Positions 52,936 to 63,867 of a stretch of DNA of 63,867 nt are shown one piece after another. A program made the translations under genes and the position numbers. Position 1 is the stretch's first letter. Every line of letters begins with the position of its first letter. The stretch is from Octopus bimaculoides (taxonomy: Eukaryota). Below the pieces are notes generated by a model, which saw nothing but the letters and a program-made list of their open reading frames with translations, was not told the origin of the DNA and did not search any database. The stretch lies in NCBI RefSeq assembly GCF_001194135.2, contig NC_068986.1:98532210-98596076 (forward strand). The letters run 5' to 3'.

Positions 52936-54899
52936 AATTTTCCAGAGGATGTAGCAACCGTTACCAATATAGCATAAGAACTTACCTTAGGGGATCATTA
53001 ACTAGATTCCTTAAGGGTCGTTCTCACAGTTTATATTTATATTATAAGGTTTTTAACTTTTAAACTTTCATATTCAAAAGAGACAGAGACTTCAAATTCG
53101 ATATATCGATTTATTCACCACTCTATGTTAACATTTCTATACACGATAGGCTTCCACATAGTTTCCGTTTACCGAATGCTTTGGTTATCTCGGGTTATAG
53201 TTGTAGACGTTCCGTCAAGGTGCTTCGCAGCCAGACTAAACTGGAAACCAGGTAGCTGCAAAGCGACCTTCTTAACCACGCATCATGCGGGTGCCTCATT
53301 TTAATAACCATGTGTTCGATTCTTTTAGAAGTTTCGGGATTCTGAGTGCGGCCATACTGGTGCAGGACCTTTGCCTTTTTTTGTTAATCATGTTGTACCA
53401 GGTACGTTGTCTTGAAATATATATTAATTCATCTTTATGAATCGAATGGGAATGTCATTCTTCATCGCAAGGTGATGTATCCCTTTATAATGATTATTGA
53501 TTTCTCGTGCATTTTCATTCAATGCATCCAATTCATAGATATTTCTTATGAAAAACAGGCGTGCGCGCGAACATGCGCATTAGTCTTTCCATACAGCATA
53601 TGATTGTGTGGTAAATACATTAAGTTAGCAAGCAAATAGTTTTGCGTTCAGTTCCACTGTACAATTGTCTTCTACTCTAGTCCTGGGACCACCGATGCCT
53701 CATGGATGAATTTTGTTGATGTTAACAGTGTGGAAGCCTTTCCTAGCCTTAGGGCTGAAACGTATAAAAAATAAAAGAAAATGTATGTATATGTGCTTGT
53801 GTATGTTTATACTTGATCTCTTCCCACTGGTGTTAGTTTGCTTACGTTTCCATAACTTAGCAGTTCGGTAAAAGTGGCGGATGGAATAAATGCCAACTTT
53901 TAGCAAAAACATAAGTACTGGGGTCGAGTCGTTAAACTAAACCCTTTGAAGCCGAGCGCCACAGTCCACTGATTTTAAACAACTAAAAATTTCCAGATAT
54001 ACCAAATTTCGAACTGAGGGCATTGAACAAATCTGAGAGGAGATACAAAACACTTCCGGCAGGATTGTGGTTAAACATCACCACCACCAACAGTAATAAC
54101 GATTGTTTTCGTAGCTTCAATCCTTAATGACCAAATTTAAATTACTTCACATCTTTGTTCGGAAACAACAATGGCAAGTTATTTTAGCATACGAACAAAA
54201 CACAATTTAAGAATTAACAACACTGCCATCATTTTTTAATTACATAAATGACAGCAGTGTTGTTTTAATCAACAGAACAATACGAAATACCTATAGTGTT
54301 GAAAGGAAATGAGAGGAAAACATAATGAATTATACTGACTTTGTTACTAAATTAAAAATACTGTATAACTTCTGATGCCCATTTGCAATTGGAAGGACGG
54401 AAACGATTCTACGAACGCCGGTGTTGTTGTTGCTGTATTCTTACAATGCAGTTGCTAATCTTGAACATTTTTACGCGTGGTTTCGTAGTTGGTTTTAATT
54501 TAACAAAAGATATTCTTCGTTTATTTCACAAATCACGAATAGTGAACGTAGCAGAAAGGAAAAAAAAGATATAACAAGAAGAATACCACGAAAAAGAAAA
54601 CAAGAGAGAAGTCAATAGAAAAGTAAAAAATAAGATTATATATCGAAATGATGACGTTGATGATGATGATGATGATAATGATGAGCATGATCATGACCAT
54701 GGTCATGATCCCGATGATAGTGACGATGATGATAAGGAAGAGGAGGAGGAGGAAGATGAGGAGGGAGATGAGGAGTAAGAAGTGGATTACGTAGGATTAT
54801 TTAAGATGGATGGCAACGTCGTATTTACAGAGGCAAATCCAATTAGAGTGAGGCACCCACTTAAGCCCACTGTAATATCTCGCTCTCACTTTTTATCTG

Positions 54900-54938
<39 letters not shown>

Positions 54939-54978
54939 CTGTCTCTCTCTCTCTCCCTCTCCCTCTGTCTCTCTCTCG

Positions 54979-55035
<57 letters not shown>

Positions 55036-55706
55036 AATAAATTTATCTGTTTCTATCTATTTATCCATCTCTTTATATATATATGTGTGTGTGTGTGTGT
55101 ATGAGCGTGTGTGTATGAGCGTGTGTGTGTGAGCGTGTGTGTGTGAGAGTGTGTGTGTCTCTGTGTGTGCATGCATGTGTGTCTTTGTGTGTGTCTGTAT
55201 GTGTATGTGTGCTTATGTATGTATACATAGATAAATTAGATACAGACTCACGCACACATATACATACAACCACACATGCATATATAAGTACATACATACA
55301 TGCATAGCATACATACAAACATCCATCCATCCATCCATCCGTACATACATACATACATCCATCCATCCGTACATACATACATACATACATACATACATAC
55401 ATACATACATGCATACGTACGTACGTACATACAGCACTTTCCGTTCGGATGTTGTTGATGAATTAGAAATTTTGATTACAAGTCAAAGCTTACGATAAAC
55501 AACAGATGGATGGATATCTAAACAAAGAGTCATATGTGTAGAGGTTGATCAGAGATACAGAGGCTTGAAGGTAAGTTGGCATGTATGTGTGCATGTAGGT
55601 AGGTAGGGATGGTAGGTAGGTAGGTAGGTAGGTAGGTAGGTAGGTAGGTAGGTAGGTAGGTAGGTGGTAGGTAGGTGGTAGGTAGACGGTAGGTAGTTAG
55701 CGAGGT

Positions 55707-56092
55707 TGATTCTTGGTACTCCGTCGCTTACGATGTCGAAGGTTCCAGTTGATCCGATCAACGGAACAGCCTGCTCGTGAAATTAACGTGCAAGTGACTG
55801 AGCACTCCACAGACACGTGTACCATTAAAGTAGTTCTCGGGGATATTCAGCGTGACACAGTGTGACAAGGCTGACCCTTTGAATTACAGGCACAACAGAA
55901 ACAGGAAGTATGAGTGAGAGAAAGTTGTGGTGAAAGAGTACAGCAGGGTTCGCCACCATCCTCTGCCGGAGCCTCGTGGAGCTGTAAGTGTTTTCGCTCA
56001 ATAAACACTCACAACGCCCGGTCTGGGAATCGAAACCGCGATCCTATGACCGCGACTCCGCTGCCCTAACCACTGGGCCATTGCGCCTCCAC
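55707..56092 (-). mobile_element. Full-length SINE (family of 48139-48519) with 12-bp TSD
   Basis: Reverse complement aligns end to end with the 48-kb copy; TSD agttagcgaggt at 55695-55706 and 56093-56104. Confidence 0.9.
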
Positions 56093-56239
56093 AGTTAGCG
56101 AGGTACGTACGTATGTACATACGAAGATGGACCTTTATCTTTTACTTATTTTAATCATTGGACAGAGGCCATGCCGGGTTACCGCCTTGAACAGATTTTA
56201 GCTGAATGAATTGACCCCACTACATTTTTAAAAGCTTAA

Positions 56240-56780
56240 AATATTGTCTCTCTTTCCTAACAGCTAAGTTACAAATTCTGAACGGTTTACTTCCTTTTGG
56301 TGATATTCGAGGAAGGAATATCTCCCCACTCGCTGCTCTAAAATGCACCATGAATGCTCGGTTATATAGAGATCCTGTGATTGAGGAAGCCAATCCGAAA
56401 AGTCTCCTTCAGGTTCATTTTTTTTTATGCTCGTACCAATTCTAAATGACATTAGTTGAATGATGCAGCGTGGTATCGTCAAACAAGATTGCACTACAAT
56501 CAGGGAACTATGATTGTACAATAAGATGGATATTGGCAGTCTAAATAGTCGGATAAGCCTTGGCGTAAACTTAGCCTTGTACAACATTAAGAGCCAAGAG
56601 TATTCCGTGATATAAGTTACCAAATCATTAGACACCCGTCACCAAGCTTCACGGAAAGAGTCAAAGAGTGAAGAATGAAGGCTTGTGTGAGATGTTTCTC
56701 TGTATAAAATTGCTCAAAGTAGGAAATAGGATGAATGACGATTTGTCAGAGATGACATTGTTCCGTTGAGACTTGAATGA
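56240..56780 (-). mobile_element. Tc1-type transposase remnant
   Basis: AILFDDTTLHHST (FQDDNAPxH) and DWLPQSQDLYITEHSWCILEQRV (WPPQSPDLNxIEHLW). Confidence 0.7.
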
Positions 56781-56887
56781 AAATAGATGGACACATCATA
56801 TGGAAGGGAATATTTTCGTATTTTGATATAATTAATGGATTTAAATTAAGAAAAACTTTATTCTATATATGTGTGGGGGGTATATAT

Positions 56888-56983
<96 letters not shown>

Positions 56984-57557
56984 GTGTGTGTGTGTGTAAA
57001 TCTGTAGGGTAATGCATGGATTCATAGAATCACATGGCTTTCAAAAAAACTTCCTCTAACGGACTCAGCTAACGGAAAACACTGTAATCCAATACCGAAG
57101 AGTATAATGCAAAGTTCCATGCAATAGAAATCCAAGCGACCGATCGATGAAATTGTTACATGTGTAGTATATAAACCATATGAGATATTTATTTAACTGT
57201 CTTATATTTTTAGGATTTCGGATGTTTAGCAATCTTCATCGTTTAAACATAATTTCACCGTACAATAGATTATGTTAATATTAGATTATGTTTAATTACG
57301 TTTATGTCTGAATTGATATGCAGGTTACGCATCATACACTAATGAAAATAAAGAAAGCTAGCACATCAGATCACCAAAATGCTAAAGAGTGTGTATATGT
57401 CTATATGTATATGGTTTCTTAGTGCAGAAAAAACTGTAAGGTCATAAAAGTGATATGGTGAACCTACTGTTTCGTGATACATTAATTGATATGTATACAT
57501 ATGAATCTAATGTGTTTGAGCGTGTACATGTTTGTACATACATACATATGACATGTG

Positions 57558-57613
<56 letters not shown>

Positions 57614-58378
57614 NNNNNNNNNNNNNNNNNNNNNNNNNNNNNNNNNNNNNNNNNNNNNNNNNNNNNNNNNNNNNNNNNNNNNNNNNNNNNNNNNNNNNNN
57701 NNNNNNNNNNNNNNNNNNNNNNNNNNNNNNNNNNNNNNNNNNNNNNNNNNNNNNNNNNNNNNNNNNNNNNNNNNNNNNNNNNNNNNNNNNNNNNNNNNNN
57801 NNNNNNNNNNNNNNNNNNNNNNNNNNNNNNNNNNNNNNNNNNNNNNNNNNNNNNNNNNNNNNNNNNNNNNNNNNNNNNNNNNNNNNNNNNNNNNNNNNNN
57901 NNNNNNNNNNNNNNNNNNNNNNNNNNNNNNNNNNNNNNNNNNNNNNNNNNNNNNNNNNNNNNNNNNNNNNNNNNNNNNNNNNNNNNNNNNNNNNNNNNNN
58001 NNNNNNNNNNNNNNNNNNNNNNNNNNNNNNNNNNNNNNNNNNNNNNNNNNNNNNNNNNNNNNNNNNNNNNNNNNNNNNNNNNNNNNNNNNNNNNNNNNNN
58101 NNNNNNNNNNNNNNNNNNNNNNNNNNNNNNNNNNNNNNNNNNNNNNNNNNNNNNNNNNNNNNNNNNNNNNNNNNNNNNNNNNNNNNNNNNNNNNNNNNNN
58201 NNNNNNNNNNNNNNNNNNNNNNNNNNNNNNNNNNNNNNNNNNNNNNNNNNNNNNNNNNNNNNNNNNNNNNNNNNNNNNNNNNNNNNNNNNNNNNNNNNNN
58301 NNNNNNNNNNNNNNNNNNNNNNNNNNNNNNNNNNNNNNNNNNNNNNNNNNNNNNNNNNNNNNNNNNNNNNNNNNNNNN

Positions 58379-58430
<52 letters not shown>

Positions 58431-58827
58431 TTCCTTTTTCTCTCTCCATCTCTCTTCGTAAAGACTTTTAGATTCGTATGAATATGAATGAGACACTAGA
58501 TATGCTAGAATTTCATCATAGAAAGAAAACTCATTTATCTGCATAGATATTAGATGCCTATACGCAGTAGTAGTGTATAACTTTCAAATTACTTTAGAAC
58601 GCTAATACTTCGGCTTGAATTGACAACTGTATATGCAATTCTAACCTCAGCGCACGTTGCCTCCCACACTCAAATGTGTGTGTGTGTGTGTGTATGTGTG
58701 TGTGTGTGCGTGCGTGTGTGTGCTTGTGTATGGTTGTGTAACTATGCATGAATATATACATTCATATTTTAACTCTAAGCAAATACGGTATGCGTTAAAC
58801 CTCGTCCTTTCTAAGTGAGCGTAAGTA

Positions 58828-58899
<72 letters not shown>

Positions 58900-59568
58900 N
58901 NNNNNNNNNNNNNNNNNNNNNNNNNNNNNNNNNNNNNNNNNNNNNNNNNNNNNNNNNNNNNNNNNNNNNNNNNNNNNNNNNNNNNNNNNNNNNNNNNNNN
59001 NNNNNNNNNNNNNNNNNNNNNNNNNNNNNNNNNNNNNNNNNNNNNNNNNNNNNNNNNNNNNNNNNNNNNNNNNNNNNNNNNNNNNNNNNNNNNNNNNNNN
59101 NNNNNNNNNNNNNNNNNNNNNNNNNNNNNNNNNNNNNNNNNNNNNNNNNNNNNNNNNNNNNNNNNNNNNNNNNNNNNNNNNNNNNNNNNNNNNNNNNNNN
59201 NNNNNNNNNNNNNNNNNNNNNNNNNNNNNNNNNNNNNNNNNNNNNNNNNNNNNNNNNNNNNNNNNNNNNNNNNNNNNNNNNNNNNNNNNNNNNNNNNNNN
59301 NNNNNNNNNNNNNNNNNNNNNNNNNNNNNNNNNNNNNNNNNNNNNNNNNNNNNNNNNNNNNNNNNNNNNNNNNNNNNNNNNNNNNNNNNNNNNNNNNNNN
59401 NNNNNNNNNNNNNNNNNNNNNNNNNNNNNNNNNNNNNNNNNNNNNNNNNNNNNNNNNNNNNNNNNNNNNNNNNNNNNNNNNNNNNNNNNNNNNNNNNNNN
59501 NNNNNNNNNNNNNNNNNNNNNNNNNNNNNNNNNNNNNNNNNNNNNNNNNNNNNNNNNNNNNNNNNNNN

Positions 59569-60450
59569 TTGGATGTCAATCTGAGGACAATGCAGAGGAT
59601 TCGAAAAGAGTTCGATGAGTCTAATTGTGATTGTAAAGGTACTGTACCTCGGAAAACTCACTCTGATCGTTCTCATAAGAAAAGAACTCCCGAATTTGTT
59701 GGTGAGATCCAGGCCATCATTGACGACGATCCGTCCAAGTCAAACAGGTCCACCACCACGGACATGAGTGTGTCTGAGTTTCTTATCAGGCAGGTAGTGC
59801 ACGAAGACATTCGGTATTCCTCGGACAGCATGAGAAAAGGCCAATTTTTATCTGAAGCTATCGAAGACAAGAGGAGAAACCGCGCTACGAAGCTTTTGAA
59901 CAAACTCAATGCATCCCCTTCAACCGAACATGCCTTGGTTTTACTCAGACGAGAAAAATTTCTGTCAGGATCAGATGGTGAACTCACAGAACAACCGTTG
60001 GTTTGCCGTGTCCCCAAAACATGTACCGATAGTGATAAAAATCAACCATCCAGTCAACATCATTGTGTTTGGAGTGATCACTAGTGAAGGCCACATTATG
60101 CCTCCATTCATGTTCCTACACAGCCTCACACTCAAAACGGAGGCCTACATCGAGTGCCTAGAGTAGGTGGTGCTACCTGGGTTAAGAGGATGGCTGCTGG
60201 ACAATACTATGTCTGGAAACAGTACTCTGCACCATGCCACACGACCAAGCCACCCTAACATCTGGCTAGCCAACTCCCCAGTCTGCAACACTCTTGACTA
60301 TTGTGTGGGGCGCCGTTGACCGAGAGACGAACAATCTCCTTGTAACACCAAAGTTGAACTGAAGGCCAGGATTATGGCAGCATTCACCAACTTAAACAAT
60401 GAGACATTCCGGAAGAGTTTCAGGAGATTCCGAAGTCGTCTGGAAGCGTT
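59569..60450 (+). mobile_element. DD37D (maT/Bmmar1-like) transposase remnant
   Basis: KKRTPEFV..DDPSKS, WFYSDEKNFCQDQMVNSQNNRW, IVFGVITSEGHIMPP, NIWLANSPVCNTLDY; frameshifted, 5' end lost in a gap. Confidence 0.85.
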
Positions 60451-61198
60451 AACTTCACTTCAATTTATTCACCACACTATGTATATACTATATACGTATG
60501 TGTAATATATGAAGATATGTGAGACTGTGTGTGCTCAATCACGTGTCTCTATCTCTGCGTACCTTTGTGCATATATATATATATATATATANNNNNNNNN
60601 NNNNNNNNNNNNNNNNNNNNNNNNNNNNNNNNNNNNNNNNNNNNNNNNNNNNNNNNNNNNNNNNNNNNNNNNNNNNNNNNNNNNNNNNNNNNNNNNNNNN
60701 NNNNNNNNNNNNNNNNNNNNNNNNNNNNNNNNNNNNNNNNNNNNNNNNNNNNNNNNNNNNNNNNNNNNNNNNNNNNNNNNNNNNNNNNNNNNNNNNNNNN
60801 NNNNNNNNNNNNNNNNNNNNNNNNNNNNNNNNNNNNNNNNNNNNNNNNNNNNNNNNNNNNNNNNNNNNNNNNNNNNNNNNNNNNNNNNNNNNNNNNNNNN
60901 NNNNNNNNNNNNNNNNNNNNNNNNNNNNNNNNNNNNNNNNNNNNNNNNNNNNNNNNNNNNNNNNNNNNNNNNNNNNNNNNNNNNNNNNNNNNNNNNNNNN
61001 NNNNNNNNNNNNNNNNNNNNNNNNNNNNNNNNNNNNNNNNNNNNNNNNNNNNNNNNNNNNNNNNNNNNNNNNNNNNNNNNNNNNNNNNNNNNNNNNNNNN
61101 NNNNNNNNNNNNNNNNNNNNNNNNNNNNNNNNNNNNNNNNNNNNNNNNNNNNNNNNNNNNNNNNNNNNNNNNNNNNNNNNNNNNNNNNNNNNNNNNNN

Positions 61199-61249
<51 letters not shown>

Positions 61250-61974
61250 ATGTATGCGTGTATGACTGTGAAAAATATATTATACATCAAAGCGTTCAAA
61301 GGAATGAAGTAAATCTTTAAGCAACTACTAGCTACATTGCAATCTTTTTGCTCTTTTTTGTTTTTTTAACTAAGACAACGAAAACATGAATCTCATACAT
61401 CTCTAATGTTTACCACTACGCATAGAATTTCAAGCCAAACGCATAATGCTAGGTTGCTAATGCAGCCAAGCCTCCCATTCCTTCAGAAAAATATATTCGC
61501 TATGTACTACTGAAGAATCCAGAATAGTAAGCATTGATATCAAATGAACGTGCAATATTGTTTATCAATATAAAGACAATCGATTGACGGAATAACTAGA
61601 GCGTTGTGCGAAAGATCATAATAGTTTATGAACGTATTTTCACTTGCTGATTTCAAATCCTTCCATGTTCAACATTTTCTGTATCAATCTGGATTCCATG
61701 AAATAAAGTAAGGGCCACGTATTAGGTCAGTGTAATCGGAAATTACCATGTACATGTGACTTTACGCTTTTGTTATAAATCAATATAAAGCTAGTGCACG
61801 CACATACAAACACACTCAGAGCTTTGTGTAAACTGGAAATATTGTTCCTTTAAAATTAGACATATACAGACATATATATATGGAAAAAGGGAAGAAGGGA
61901 AATAACCCTGAAACTCGAGTACGTACGTATCGTAGATCAAGATGGGAAGGATAACTTCCCTTGGCAAATACATT

Positions 61975-62123
61975 CAGGACACAGAAGTGTGTCGATAGCC
62001 AGCTGGAGGAGATGTCCTCCTGGGGCTAAAAGCAGCAGTAACATCCACCCCTCGGGGTCAGCCACATTTAAGTGGCAAATATACTTCACTTTATCGTGCA
62101 GTTACTGTTAATACCTCGTTCAG
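61975..62123 (+). repeat. Second copy of the repeat at 51425-51556
   Basis: Direct sequence comparison. Confidence 0.8.
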
Positions 62124-63585
62124 NNNNNNNNNNNNNNNNNNNNNNNNNNNNNNNNNNNNNNNNNNNNNNNNNNNNNNNNNNNNNNNNNNNNNNNNNNNNN
62201 NNNNNNNNNNNNNNNNNNNNNNNNNNNNNNNNNNNNNNNNNNNNNNNNNNNNNNNNNNNNNNNNNNNNNNNNNNNNNNNNNNNNNNNNNNNNNNNNNNNN
62301 NNNNNNNNNNNNNNNNNNNNNNNNNNTATATATATATATATATATTTAAATGAGAAACCACGAGAAACCTAACTTTTATTATTAGATTATAGGTGCATTT
62401 CACCATGTTTGTTTTGAACCCTGCATTAACTGTTCCAAGTGCATGTCGCTGATTTTCGATACGGATTTATTGTATTAAGTTACAAAAAACTAATGTCGTG
62501 AGTTTGGTACATGGTGAGGTATATTTTGCGAGAGAAACTGAAAACAATCGGCAGAGAAAAAAAAAGAGGAACTCAGAAACAAGTGAGAGATGGTAAAATA
62601 AGACACACAGAAGAGGGACAGAGAAAACATTTGAGAGAAAAAGAGTAAATGGAAAATAAAGATGGAAAGAACGTAAGAAAGAGGATCTTAAGTTGGATAA
62701 CAATAAAAGGTGTAAACAAAAATATAAAATACATTAAAATACATAGCAACATGATAAAGTAAGAGAAACGAGTGTATGACTAAATAAATATACCAACGAC
62801 GCAGAGAACGAAGTAGAAAAACAAGAATGCATAGCGGACATGAAAAAGAGAGGGAAGTAAGATATTGTGGAAAGGAGAGTTAATTAATTGTGAATCAGTA
62901 ATATTTGGATTGAAACCAGAGATTGGAAAATGAATGTAAACAAAAATATATACTTTAATATGAGTAGGCCATGATTTCACACATAATAGATATCCAAGGT
63001 CATTTTGTATTTTTCAGAGTCTAATTATCAGCTTACGTACATTTCCTACGTACAAAAGTAAAAACAAACTTCCATTTTATGGTTGTCCAACTTATTTTTT
63101 TTACTTTCTTTTTTCTTTTTCATTTCCTTTACTTGTTCTGTTTTCCCCTTTCCTATTTTCTCACTAATTCTTTCTCGTTTTTTCTATCACTTTTTTTTTT
63201 CTCTTTCGACTCTAATTGTCTTCCCTGTCTCTTTACACTCTCTTTCTCTCTTGTCTTTTAGTCCTCAAAATACTTATAGAATACCTCGCTGTCTACTCAC
63301 AATTCTTGATATTAGGTCTGTCACTTAAGTTTTCACTGACGATACGCTCTGGTTAAGCATCGACATGCACCTGGGATACCAATTATATATACATTAATAC
63401 ATTAATGTATTTAGTCATTTATCAAGCTTGATATATGATGAAACAAATTAATGTCTCGACCAGGAACCCTGGGTAGCTGTATTTCACAAGATTTATAGTT
63501 TTCATTATAATGATATCCTCACTCTCTAACCTGTTATTCAACTTACTGAACCCTTAAACACACAGTATAAGATATAGTCTGCTAA

Positions 63586-63867
63586 AGTCTGTCATACCGG
63601 CCATGATGAAATACCACAAGGTATAGAAAATACGTATTCAACACTCATTATTTCATCTATTCAATAAGACATTCAATACTTTATTTCATTGTACCATCCA
63701 TTTTTATTTTATATTATATATTGTATATTATCTTATATATTGTATATTCCATATTCTATATCCCACATTGGTTTTGCAGGAATATAAATAAAACATAAAA
63801 AACAGACAGTGTTGGAACTCTTTTAAACAAAATAATATATTCCTCTATACACAATCATACAAAACCC
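63586..63867 (+). repeat. Second copy of the repeat at 52493-52869 (runs to the window end)
   Basis: Direct sequence comparison. Confidence 0.9.

Noticed and set aside
54645-54780. Asp/Glu/His-rich coding-like stretch
   Set aside because: Degenerate (GAT)/(GAG) microsatellite without splice or ORF context.

Overview
This is a eukaryotic, AT-rich, repeat-dominated draft-assembly window. About 7.8 kb (~12%) is N-gaps, mostly flanked by microsatellites. The SINE/MITE repertoire and microsatellite density resemble an Octopus (cephalopod) genome; that is recall-based inference, not a database result. I found no intact protein-coding gene, RNA gene or CRISPR array. Almost all recognisable coding sequence is decayed transposons: R4/Dong-type RLE LINEs, CR1/L2-group LINEs, Penelope-like elements, several mariner/Tc1/DD37D transposases, tRNA-derived SINEs, MITEs and a Helitron. 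The best signals are: (1) a cluster of divergent R4/Dong retrotransposons at 2-14 kb, five of six with (TAA)n at the 5' junction in their own sense orientation; (2) a 611-bp MITE with perfect 37-bp TIRs, an 8-bp TSD and internal (CCCTAA)n telomeric repeats; (3) a 224-bp near-perfect hairpin; (4) a long-TIR Tc1 nested in another Tc1-like end; (5) a canonical non-autonomous Helitron; (6) inverted SINE pairs that could form dsRNA. Candidate host exons are weak. I do not see a clearly new protein-based system here. Coordinates of decayed elements are approximate.
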